DNA of 64,000 nt from the NCBI GenBank assembly GCA_043228905.1, contig JBHGNT010000006.1, positions 20,522,001 to 20,586,000 of the forward strand. The letters run 5' to 3'. Source of the DNA: Azolla caroliniana (taxonomy: Eukaryota; Plantae; Polypodiophyta). The position numbers were made by a program, and so were the translations under genes. Numbering within the stretch: the first letter of the stretch is position 1; each line of letters opens with the position of its first letter. The notes beneath the pieces were generated by a model. That model was given only the letters and a program-made list of their open reading frames with translations, was not told the origin of the DNA and made no database searches. Of this stretch, positions 52,300 to 64,000 are shown piece after piece.

Positions 52300-54350
52300 T
52301 AAAGACTATTAATGCCTCTCACTTAAACGTTGAAGAAAAGTTGAACCCACTTCACCAATGGATTCCCCACCCAGCCATCCAACCAAAATTTCATTTGGAA
52401 GAGAGATTTGTAAGGTATCAATATTTCACTCCATGTGTAGGTGGACATTGAATGCATAGTTTCTCATGTAATGTTTTGTTCATCTCGCAAAATATAAAAA
52501 GGAAAAGACTCTTAACATAGTACCAATATAGAAGATTGTTGCGGAGAACGAGTAGGAAACATTATCAATGGAACAATATGTACTAATGCATGACAAACTT
52601 ATGCCTATGACATTGAGTGTGGAAACACCATAGGATGCACTATTGAGGATGTTAATGGAGGGACAAAAAAGATGTCCAATCAAAGCATCAGATGCAACTT
52701 TAATGACAAGTGAGTTTTTAAAGTAAACAAGACCACCAACTCGCCTGTGGATAGGAATTGTCATAGATCAAGTTATCGATTGGTTCATGAATTCGATTTC
52801 ACCGATTCATAAAAGAGGAAATAAAAATTTGATAGCCAAATATCATCTTGTTGTGGTTATGGCCAATTTATGTGGCACTATCATGGAACAAGAGATTAGC
52901 TTAGGGGATTAACATGATCACAAATGAGCATTCCTCAAGCAGACTTTAGACTAAACAATCCTACTATCAATCATTTGGCTACAATAAGAGTAATTATGGA
53001 ATAAAGTTACTTAAGTTAAACACTAAATTATTGTTTTGGGGACTTCATGAAGCCTTTAACATTGTACTAGGAATTGCGTTTGCCGGAATGTGATTAAGAG
53101 TATAGAGTGGGTATAGCATGATTGTAAGAACAAGTTAGATTATGGTTTCTCAAAGTGCTTATTGAGCAATCAAGAGATCAAGCAAAGATGTCCAATCTCC
53201 CACATTCTTTGATATATCCATTGGTAAACTAGAAGAAATTGTAAACAACGTTAAAGAAGAATTAGATGGCCCAAAATTGCTGCAAGAGCTTAATTTTATA
53301 ATCATATATCTTAATGTTGTTTCATTATTTTCATGTTATGTGAATATTATGCAATGATTACGTGTAATGTGGATACTCATATATTCTTGGAAACATTTCA
53401 TCAAAACTATGGGCTAATTGCAATACTTAATGGTGGGATGTAAGATTGATCTTTTTCATTGATATGGTGGTCCAAGTGTTGATTTATTGAGACGTGGGGG
53501 TGTGGGATGACATTGTCTCTCTGAGTGCACTTGTTTCTAATAGCATGACAAGATAAGATGTTGAGTTTTTAACTCCCAATTGTCTATAGAGGTGTTAACT
53601 CTACAAAATGTTTAAAAGTATATGACAAAAGTCAAGAATGTTCTTTGAACCAAGTTTCCTTGAACGGTTATGACTAATAACTTGGTGTGTTGCACTTCAA
53701 GCGTCACTACCAGGTCCCGAGGTTGGGATGCAAGCAAAAAGATCCGAAAAACACATAAAATCAAAATTTTGTCATCTGGTTAGATGCAAGATATGGAAAA
53801 ATGGTTTGGTAGATGGGATGCAACACACTTGTTTCATAATGCATCACTAGATTCCTCTGTAAATAAGGCCTTTTTGCAACGCCAATGTATCATAACATGG
53901 GACAAATGCAACAACTCACACTTCACACATTATATTACACATGTCGCACCTAACTACAAAACCATATTCTTCACGAAAGCCATTCAAGCCATTGCTTCCA
54001 TGTGAGTTAGCTCACATGCATTGTGAACATTGTGATGTGAGTCGAGGCACAAGGGATGGGAGTGGTCAACTATGCAAATTTTGCCCTAAACAAGTTCAAG
54101 AATCGAAGTATCACACTTTGATACAATGCTCTGCCTTTTATCATATTCAACCATGCTTTCCACATATCTTCGACCAAACCCAATCTTTGCATGAAATCCT
54201 CACAACCATGATGTGCACTTTCGATTGGAACATTCATTGGTAAAAGTTACTCACTTTCACATGTACTATGTGAAATGTAATATATTTGGTCTCATAGGTC
54301 GTACTTGACCTTTGAAGACAATAATATAATCTATCTCTCTATCTCTTTCT
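52300..54350 (+). mobile_element. Highly degenerate LINE (non-LTR retrotransposon) ORF2 remnant
   Basis: Frameshifted DF.KAF..V (~53040), KQRCPIS (QGCPLS-like, ~53180) and C-terminal CKFC....ESKYHTLIQC zinc motif, ending in a pyrimidine-rich repeat tail. Left boundary approximate. Confidence 0.65.
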
Positions 54351-55172
54351 TAAGCACTCATAATCTATGCAATCATTGACATTGGACTCACAAAAACTCA
54401 TAACCTAAAGGTTGCAAAGCACAAGACAATTATATCTCAACTACCGAAATGGCCTGTCAAGTGCCTTCATTTTGTTAGTGGCTTTGAGTGACCATATGTA
54501 TCCTTTGGTTTGTGAAATATATTTTGGCAAGACAATTTGACAAACAAATAGAAATATTGTTTCAAATGACAAGGTTTTTGTTAAGTTTGAATGTTAATCT
54601 TAGGGCTTGCAAACCCTAAACCTACCTCATTGACCATTATTTGGTTTACATAATGTCTCAAATATCTATCACAATGACTAGGTAGGGGAACTCTTTTTAA
54701 GTTCGACCATTATCTTTACCAATGCAAATGTTAGTCATTTGGTAGCATACACTCACTTTCAAGTACTACCATTATATTTATCAATTCTAAAACCATGGTA
54801 CTTTGCCAAGCTTGGAGACAACAATGGTAGAGGATCAAGACCTCTTCACAATGCAGTCATCTTACCACTAGCAAACTTCCAACCTTCAGCTCCTCATAGC
54901 TGAGGATTTTGTCAATTACACACATCACTCTTAAATGATAGTGTTTAGAAAAGCTTAATTCGCTTCCAAGGGTTGAATACCTTATTTAAAACAAATCTAG
55001 CATAAAACACACATTAAACATAACCATCTTTTGTAATTCCCATATACCTCCAACTACTATATCCTTTTTCATGCAAGAAACTCTCATGAACAAGTAGAAC
55101 TCAAATTTTATCTAGCTAAGATGTTGCATCTTTCAGTTTTATCCATTCCTGTTATACATGATGCATTGTTTT

Positions 55173-55660
55173 TTTAATTTTCAGGTGACTACAAGCAGAA
55201 CATATGGAGCTGCTAATATGAGATTATAGATAAGATATGATTATAGGGGTCCATGTAGACAAATTCTCCAGGCCAGCCAACTTGGTATTGCTCACAAACA
55301 ATAAATCCCTTTTAACTCTGATTGCAACATTGGTTTAATTTTCAGGTGACTACAAGCAGAACATATGGAGCTGCTAATATGAGATTATAGATCAGATATG
55401 ATTATAGGGGTCCATGTAGACAAATTCTCCAGGCCAGCCAACTTGGTATTGCTCACAAACAATAAATCCCTTTTAACTCTGATTGCAACATTGGTTTAAT
55501 TTTCAGGTGACTACAAGCAGAACATATGGAGCTGCTAATATGAGATTATAGATAAGATATGATTATAGGGGTCCATGTAGACAAATTCTCCAGGCCAGCC
55601 AACTTGGTATTGCTCACAAACAATAAATCCCTTTTAACTCAGATTGCAACATTGGTTTAA
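55173..55660. repeat. 161-bp tandem repeat, 3 near-identical copies
   Basis: TCAGGTGACTACAAGC at 55181, 55342 and 55503; only about 2 substitutions seen among the copies. Confidence 0.95.
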
Positions 55661-56669
55661 CCACATTCCATACTGGAATTCAGTAGTGATCATTTAAGAA
55701 ATCTGAGGGCATCCACTTCAGAGGAGATATATTTCTAAGAGTATATGTCTTTATGCTGCTATTTGAGATGTATTTCAAACTATCGATGACTTAATTTGAG
55801 CCTCGCTCTGACCAATCAACTATCCAAAAGCAGATTTACAGGTTCAATTCTACATTCGAATAGTAGGGACATTTCATTAGCCGATATTGTTCAGGTTCAC
55901 CTAGGGTGGGGTACCTAACCAGAGAGGAATAACATACATTACTCCAGTCTTGTCTACCTTTTTGTACATGAATAAGGAATACCACACCAGGTTGCGCTTA
56001 TTCAAATATATGATCTCTTGCCCCACACTCATGAATGGATCCATGTGGACAGAAATTCCAAGACACATGGAACAAAGTGGTTACCACGCATAATCATACA
56101 GAATGTTGTTACTTATTCGCCATCTCAGAAACTTCCATTGAGCTAATGTAGCATTAGATTGAATAAGGGGTAGTCAAGATAAATACATTTTACTGGTCAT
56201 GCCACTAATTCAGCATTCCAAAGAACTACATTCAAACATCCATAGCTCCTCCTCAAACATCCTGGAGATTATCAGGAAGCTATAACCAGATGCTTGCATA
56301 ATTTAATCCTTACATAGAAAGAGGCTCCCTGCCAAGCATAATACCTTCCAGAAACACTTGGAATAATAGAAGATTCAGCGCTCCCTATTCCCAACAAAGG
56401 GAAGACAATCAAATTATGCGGGTAAAAGTGAGCACGAAATTATCAGGAAAAGCCCACAACAACCAATTTGCACGATTAACATGATAAATTTCGGTGTCCA
56501 AACAATTCGCTTCCATTGGAAAGAAGGTATTCATGATTCATCTCTCAGAAAATGAAACCCAAAGAAATATCTTTTTCCAAAAATGTGTAGCAACATGATC
56601 TCTATTACAGAGGGGAAACAAACTCCATTACAACTACGCAAACCAAAATTTAAAAATAAAATGCCTTAT

Positions 56670-56976
56670 CTACTCATCGCCACCGGACTCTGATCCAGCG
56701 GCCCCATCAACCTTGTTGTGCTTCTTGGCGTATCTCTGATTTCTCAGGAACTTGGGATCCATCTGCAAATACAGAGATGTGGGAGAAAGGTAGAAAACCC
56801 CAAGAATCAAATATCAACAACGGGAAGAGATCAAAGAGGGGGTAAAGATGGATGGGGAGGAAGGAGCAACTTACCCCTTTGGTGGAAGTATATTTGGTCT
56901 TCTTCACCTTCTTGATGCCATTCCTGTGGGCCTTGTAAGACTGATTGTGGGCGGTGTGGTTCTTCGACTTCGCCAT
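56670..56976 (-). CDS. RPL29: 60S ribosomal protein L29 (eL29); exons 56976-56875 and 56762-56670; 64 aa
   Basis: [23 protein letters not shown]...STKG|[17 protein letters not shown]; GT-AG intron. Confidence 0.98.
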
Positions 56977-57060
56977 AGCTGTAACTGTGGGGTGGGTGGG
57001 TAGCGTCTGGGAGGAAATGGGGGAGAGAAAGGCAGGCACAGGAAACAGAGAACACAAGAC

Positions 57061-57071
57061 CTAACCCTAAA
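57061..57071. promoter_or_regulatory. Telo-box-like motif near the RPL29 5' end
   Basis: TAACCCTAAA, one mismatch to AAACCCTAA; telo-boxes are typical of plant ribosomal-protein genes. Confidence 0.5.
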
Positions 57072-58687
57072 CTTGAAGAAGAAAATGCTTTCACACTGAG
57101 TGCCCGGACATTGAAAACATGTGTCCGGCTTTGGCCAACATTACGTCGAAACCCCTATTTTACGTTAATGTTTGCCTCCAAGAGAGAGAGAGAGAGAGAG
57201 AGACTGCCCTGTCTTGTTAGGCTTGAAGTCTACAGAGATGTGTGTGCCTGCCTCATTAGGTTCTTCTATGGAAGTCTGATCGACCTGGTTTTTGGGATCC
57301 TGCATGGTTCTCGATCTGCCGGGGGCTCCTCGAATTGTTGTCGACTACTGCGACCAAGCAAGAGACACCAGGTCGTAAGCGTGATGAGCAGTCTCGAGTT
57401 TGAGCATCTCTATAAGGCTCGGCACTAGTTCGAGTGCTCGAACGCATTGTTCTTGGTTTGGCCAACATTACGTCGAAAGCCTTGTTTATGTTAACATACA
57501 CATATACGTTGTCGCGTTGTTACGCGCGTGCGTGGAGAACAAGGTGGAACCACCGGGGTCTTGGACCGAGAAATAGCTGAGAAGGAGGAGAACGGAAAGA
57601 CAACGGACACACTTGCACACGCACAGAAACGGGAGCACACAGGAATCACAGTCCAACAACACAGCAAAATGAGACGACTAGAAGTCCGAGTATATGAACA
57701 CGTATGTATATATATATATCAAGACGGTTACAACTAATAGGCCGGCAAGGCGAACACCGACGCCTGTTCACTCACACATAGAAGAGCGAGATGGAGACTC
57801 TACCGGAAGCACAAGGGCGTTCCACAAAGCAGAGTCAGCCTCCCGAAAACCTACGCAAAATGGCTATGGAGAGTGGCAGAGGAGAAGGGCTCGGTCCCAG
57901 TCCGGCAGCACTTCGTCCTCTCTAACGCGCGATACCCTTCCCATTCCTCTCCCTCTCTTTTATAGCCCAAGGAGGGAGGCCGTTATCATCCGTTACATCA
58001 CATTAATTCTCTATCCTTTCGGATAGAGATACACCTCGATTCTCTCCCTATTGACTGCGTGTTACCTAGGATTTCACCTCAACCGACTTGTACCTACCTA
58101 CTTACCATACAACGAAAAGTGTGCTCGCATGTAAGGGCCGGTTTACACATGCTAAACTCGGTTTCCGCCTAGGGACGGTTTTCTTCACGACATCTGCCCC
58201 CACCTAACCGCGCATCCACTAGTAGGCGCCAAAATTGGGCTCTTGATGGAGAAAACCGGTCCATGCTTTACTCCTCGTCTTTCGGATCGTCATCCGCCTC
58301 GGACCGCCCATCATCGTCGTCGATGCTTTCCAAATCCGGCTCGCGCTCATATCGTTTCTTAAATGCTTTGACCCTCTTCCCCGCTACCGGTATTGCCATC
58401 CTCGTACCGTCGAGCTCCGCAAGATGGCAGGTCCCGTTGTCGTTGGCGCCTGTCAACACGTAAGGCCCGAACCACCTCCTTGCAAACTTCCGCATTGCCA
58501 TGTGCTGGTTGTCGAGGCTGTTGTCATACACTAGGACCCAGTCGCCTTCCTCAATCTTCTTCAGTCGCAGTTGGTGAGTCCGGTCAAACCGCCCTTTGTT
58601 CTTCAACCTTGCCAATCGAAGCTTCTCCGCGGCTCGTTCCACGTCCTCCGGCCTTCGCTCGAGCTGTCGAATCTATGCCGCTAGCAG

Positions 58688-59147
58688 CTCCACTCCACCT
58701 CTTCTTCTTCTTCTTCTTCTTCTTCTGCTTCTGCTTCCTCCTCCTCCACGTCTGAGGAAGACGAGATCCGCCATACCTTCTGCCGCACCCTTCCCACATA
58801 CAATTCGCTCACTGTGAATCGCAGTGGCGGCGGTTCTTCCTCCTCCTCCTCCAAAGAATTCCTGCTTACCAAGCTGGAGAAGCGCTCTGATCTGCACCTC
58901 CGCTCCGCCTCCATGAGAGAGCCCTGCGCAGCTCTGTGCAGGAGGAGCTCTGTGAATGCGGATCAGGACCTGGAATCCACGAACTTAGAGGCTGTCAAGC
59001 GCGTGCTGCGATCTGCATACCTCAGGCCATCTTCTCTGACGGGGCAAAACGGGAGTCCCTGTAGCACCACCATGGCCAGGTATAATTCTGTGTGGGAGAC
59101 ATCTGTGCGGAAGAGTCCAGCCGAGAAGAGATGGGAGGAGGCAGAAG
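58688..59147 (+). pseudogene. Captured copy of 49730-50201 (coding fragment of the 541-aa gene)
   Basis: Near-identical sequence: 3 substitutions plus microsatellite-length differences, counted by eye. Confidence 0.97.
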
Positions 59148-61898
59148 TCCGTTACAGAAGTCGGCGATGACTTCGTACATCCCTTCCGAACATACCGGAA
59201 TCGTCCGGTCCTCTTTAAGGCCTCCTCCGACCACCTCTCGTAATTGTCCCAAGGTGTCGTCGAAAGAGACCGCCTCCACGGCTCCGTTGATTTCCTCTCC
59301 AGGGCCGAGGACTCCGCATGCCCGAAGTCGCTCCTCCGCCCTCTTCTTCTCCTTACCAACAATGCCGACAATCGTACAACCCCCGCTGTCAGAGAACCAA
59401 AATTTCCTACCTATAGTACAAGTCTTCTTCCCTACTGTACATTTGTGGGGTTTTTCCGGGGTGTCCGGACTATCGCGGCCCCACGCCTTGATAGCCCTCT
59501 CTAAATATCCCCTCGGGTTTCGCCACTGAGGGTCTCGCGGTTACGCTCATGGTTTGGTCGCACCGTCAAGAACTGGACCGAGTGACGCTCGTCCTGGCTC
59601 TTGACTCTTGCATAGGCCGAACCGTTGTCCAACACCTTGGTCTCCATCCGTGCCGCCATGATGTATGGTTCTCCTAGTATAACCGGATGTGAGGACGTCT
59701 CCTGCACGAAGAAGTGTTGGTCAATTTCGACATTGCCGATTTTCACCCGTACGTTCGGGCATGCTCCATGTAGTTCTTCCGTGGCGCGCGTCGTTGCCCG
59801 TATTTTCTAGCCGTGTTTGGTGTTGATCGGCCATTTCCCCTTTTTGTAGAAGTCCATGGACATCAAGTTGATTTCTGAACCGTGGTCCACCAACGCCACC
59901 ACCGGCTCCTGGACATCCCCGACCTTAACAAGGGTCTCCGTGGTCACTCTGGCCTAGTGCGGCCTCGAATAGTGGCTCTCCGCCAACTCGTCTTCTAGCG
60001 CCATGTCCTCTATGTGCGTCGTTCGCACTTCCACCGGTTTCTCCGGCTCTAGCTCTATCGACAGCCTCTTCCTCTTCACCAAGTCTACGACGGAGTCGTG
60101 GAACTCCTTCTTGGCGATCCCGAGCACTTCCTTCAGCGACAACTCCACTTTGCTGTCGAGGATACGTTCTTCCAAGACCTTTCGCAGGTCCGTGGTCCTT
60201 TCGATTTCCGTGCTCAACCGGTACCTAGCCTTCTTGGCTTTATCCAGTGCGCCGGTCGCACCGGCCTCATTCTGCCTTTGACCGAATCAGGTCTCGTACC
60301 GTTGCGAGGGCCCGGCCCCTCCGGTTTTACCTACTCGCTTGTCTTCCACCAGAGCCTCGTAGTTCTAGCATGCGGCTTCAACGAAGCCCGTCTTCTCTTC
60401 GACCGGGTCACTCCACCCGGTTACCTCCCGGACCCGTTTTTCCGCGCGGTCTGCTTCTTCTTTCCTTAGCCATGCGCCGGCGAGGCCTTCCAGCATCAAC
60501 GGCCAGAATCTGGCTTCGTTCATCTTCCATGCCTCACCACCTCCGACCCGGATCCCAACCGACGCCGAGTAGTGGACGGTCTCCGCGTGGCGAGCCGCCG
60601 CTTTTTCCATTAGTCATTTCATACCCCCTTGTCTGACATTCAAGTCCAGGGCCCTTCGGGTCTCGTTAGCGTGCACCCGACCGTTCCATAGGTACACCAC
60701 GTTGGCTCTCATTCCCTCGGTGAAGTCCCCGCAGTCCTTCCGAACGTGGCCGACCGCGTCGCACCACAAACACTGGTTTCGAGCCAGAGGCCTTCGGTCA
60801 TGGGCCTGTTCACCGCCGTCCCTCCGTGCCTGTGCAATCTGGAGGTCCTTTACCATCCTAGTCAGCTCCTCTAGAGCTACTCCTCCGGACGAGCCTTTGA
60901 CCATGCCGGTCGAAGTCGATCCGGTCTCGAGCCAGTCTCGGGTCTCTTCCCTTCGCGCTGGCGGGGTTGGCTCGAGTTTCCTTGTTGCTATAGAGCCCGC
61001 CCCTATTGATCCTTTATCGACCCACTCTCGCCGTTTGTCGAAACGGCCACTAACTCTCTGCACCACGGCCTAGTCAGTCGTCAGCCCGTCATCAGTCTCC
61101 AGCAGGAGACCCACTTGCTCTCGGTCCCTCGCATCCACCGACTTAACGAACAACAGGACGCGACTTGTGTCTAGTACGGTCCGGTCGAGCGCCGAAAGAC
61201 GCGCGAAGCGTTCTTCAAACTCCCGGAGGAGCACCGACGCGTTTCTCCCCTTTTCGGGGGTCTCTACCCATTCCATGAAGTCCCGTTTCGAGAGCCGAAG
61301 CGCGTCATCAAGCCTGTATTTTTCGAGGAGCCGACCTTCAAACTCTTCCCAGGTCTGGCTCTCAGCCCGTACCTCGAGCACCTCCGCATGGATGCCCGGC
61401 ATCGCCAACCGAGTGAATCCGGTCAGTTGCCTTTCTTCCGGAATGTCTCTCATTACCATCTCGGCCCGGTAGGCCTCCAAATAGCTCGTGGCGTCCTTCC
61501 CACCGAACTGGCCTATCGTGCCGACGACTGCTTCAATAGCCCTATCGAGGGCGCCTGCACCTTCGCACGCACTCACTATCCGATCCACAGCCGAAGCCAT
61601 GGTTTCCGCGAGATCCGACCCCCTCATCTTTCTATTCCTCTGCCGCCCGTTTCACGTCGGGTTCACCAAATATGTCGCGTTGTTACGCGCGTGCGTGGAG
61701 AACGAGGCGGGACCACCGGGGTCTTGGACTGAGAAATAGCTGAGAAGGAGGAGAACGGAAAGACAACGGACGCACTTGCACACGCACAGACATGGGAGCA
61801 CACAGGAATCACAATCCAACAACACAGCAAAACGAGACGACTAAAAGTCCAAGTATATGAACACGTATGTATATAAATAAATAAATAAATAAATATAT

Positions 61899-62195
61899 GG
61901 GTTGCAGCATGGGAATGGGAACAATTAGTTATGTCCTTGACATAGCTAATTAGCTATCTAAAAAGCTACATGTAATTTGTATATTTTGGCAATTTTAGGG
62001 ATGATTAGAATTTGAACTCAAATAAAGACTAGCTAAACGGTGGAACATAAATGGTAATATTTCCATCCCCATCATAAATGATACATATCTTTAAGATCTT
62101 CCTACGAAAAATTAGCTATAAAAAAAACTATTTAGCTATGGTCAATTTACCAGCTAAATAGCTATAATAGTGTTTCCATTCGCATGCTTTCACCC
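61899..62195. mobile_element. MITE inserted in the (TA)n tract of the 5' LTR
   Basis: Absent from the sister LTR; imperfect ~28-bp TIRs GGGTTGCAGCATGGGAATGGGAACA / TGTTTCCATTCGCATGCTTTCACCC; TA-repeat flanks. Confidence 0.85.
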
Positions 62196-64000
62196 ATATA
62201 TACTATATATATATATATATATATATCAAGACGGTTACAACTAACAGGCCGGCAAGGCGAACACCGACGCCTGTTCACTCACACATAGAAGAGCGAGATG
62301 GAGACTCTACCGGAAGCACAAGGGCGTTCCACAAAGCAGAGTCAGCCTCCCGAAAACCTACGCAAAATGGCTATGGAGAGTGGCAGAGGAGAAGGGCTCG
62401 GTCCCAATCCGGCAGCACTTCGTCCTCTCTAACGCGTGATACCCTTCCCATTCCTCTCCCTCTCTTTTATAGCCCAAGGAGGGAGGCCGTTATCATCCGT
62501 TACATCACATTAATTCTTTGTCCTTTCGGACAGAGATACACCTCGATTCTCTCCCTATTGATTGCGTGCTACCTAGGATTTCACCTCAACTGACTTGTAC
62601 CTACCTACTTACCATACAACAAAAAGTGTGCTCGCGTGTAAGGGCCGGTTTACACACGCTAAACTCGGTTTCCGCCTATGGACGGTTTTCTTCACGACAA
62701 TGTGTGCCTGCCTCGTTAGGTTCTTCTCTCAACGACTGACCAACTTGCTCTGTGGGATCCTGCATGGTTCTCGATCTGTCAAGGCCTCCTCGAATTGTCG
62801 TCGACAACTACGGCCAAGCACGACACACCTAGGTGTAAACGTGATGAGCAGACTCGAGATTGAGCATTCTGATGAAACTCAACACTAGTTCAAGTGCTCA
62901 AACATTTAAGCATGTGTCCTGCTTTGGCCAACATTACGTCAAAATTCTTGTTTACATTAACGTCCACTGAGAGACTACCTCATTAGGCTTGAATCATAGT
63001 TGTGCCTCCCCTGTTGGGTTCTTCTATGGATGACATATCAACCTAGTTTTTGGGATCTTGCATCTATCAGGGGCTCCTCAAATTGTTGTCAACAATTGCT
63101 ACCAAGCAAGAGACACCTTGGCGTAACGCAAAGAGCATTCTCGAGATCGAGCATCCAATGAGACTTGGTGCTAGTTCTTCTTACGATCTTGATCTCTAGA
63201 CTATACATATAGAGGAGCATTGATTGAGACTCGATGGTCAAAAGAATAATGGATCAATCTTATCTTATAAGTCATCACACCCAAAAAAAGTAGTCGTATC
63301 GAAAAACAAGTAGCATTGAGAATAACGCAATAGATTATGAGATTCCACATGGTATCAAATAGATTGATGTCTTGATTATTAACGTTAACATCAAGAGTTC
63401 AAGTATGAGGCATTGCAACTCATGTGTTATCTTCTCTATAAAGAGTGATCTTCTTTTTTCTTTTTTTCCAAAAAAAGATACTACATTAGTATTAGAAAAT
63501 GCCATAAGGCTAAACATACAAGATATACCACAGATCTCCAATATTTTTCTAAATTCTAATTTCTAACCATCGGCTTAAATAAATACTTTGGTGTTGAGTA
63601 AAACCACTCCACCTTACCAAAAAGCCATCTATAAAATATACCTATGTCCCAGATGGCATGAAACTCCAAGCGCTCAAGCTCCGCTTGGTGCATATTACCT
63701 TTTATACAATCCAACAACCTTATGAGATTATGCACAATCTCTATCCAAATTCCCGAATTTATTTGGGCAGGTCTTTCAGTCACATTTTGAAATACCTTCA
63801 AACATCAAGCCTTCCAAATATACCAATTTGTAATACTACTTACCAATTGCCATATTTGAGGTTTATCAATTTGTATTTGTGGATTCAAAGGTATCAATTT
63901 TTTTTCCATCAAACCATGTCTCATCACAATAGCATCTACAACCTCCTCTTGTTCATATACCATAGGTTTATCATGTACCACTGGCCATAATACTGCACCC

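Larger units (their letters stand above)
57510..62699 (-). mobile_element. tRNA-Trp-primed Gypsy LTR retrotransposon, internally deleted and carrying a host-gene fragment
   Basis: LTRs 57510-58192 and 61673-62699; TSD ACGT/ATGT; PBS TGGTGAACCCGACGTGA (61652-61668, minus); PPT AGGTGGGGGCAGA. Gag 61627-61070, zinc knuckle CLWCDAVGHVRKDC, protease ALVDHGSEINLM, integrase C-terminus KFARRWFGPY. No RT, RNaseH or integrase core. Confidence 0.96.
57098..63180. repeat. Diverged ~270-300-bp tandem array upstream of RPL29 (partial 57098-57170; 57240-57509; 62700-62990; 63000-63180), split by the LTR element
   Basis: Shared blocks TGTGCCTGCCTC..TAGGTTCTTCT, TGGGATCCTGCATGGTTCTCGATCTG, CCAAGCA.GA.ACACC and TTTGGCCAACATTACGTC. 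Confidence 0.85.

Noticed and set aside
58814-59170. Second intact paralogue of the 541-aa gene
   Set aside because: Only an internal fragment embedded in retrotransposon sequence, without the donor's start or stop.

Overview
Land-plant nuclear DNA, with introns, microsatellites and nested retroelements. The intron-containing PLS-PPR and the tRNA-Trp-primed Gypsy elements suggest a seed-free plant such as a fern (inference). Host genes: a 4-exon NRAMP metal transporter, a 2-exon PLS-E PPR protein, OST4, a conserved plant protein of unknown function (minus strand), an intronless low-complexity 541-aa ORF, and RPL29. About half the window is transposon-derived: Copia elements, a chromodomain Gypsy, two tRNA-Trp-primed Gypsy elements, at least five solo LTRs with TSDs, a degenerate LINE, and MITE/hAT-like elements. 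Most notable: (1) an LTR retrotransposon at 57510-62699 whose RT/RNaseH/integrase core is replaced by a near-identical 460-bp antisense copy of the coding sequence of the gene ~9 kb upstream; (2) four insertions with TGTC...GACA ends that all sit at an (A/G)CGT 4-bp target; (3) a chimeric Gypsy formed from two unrelated elements inside a Copia. All alignments and counts were done by eye.
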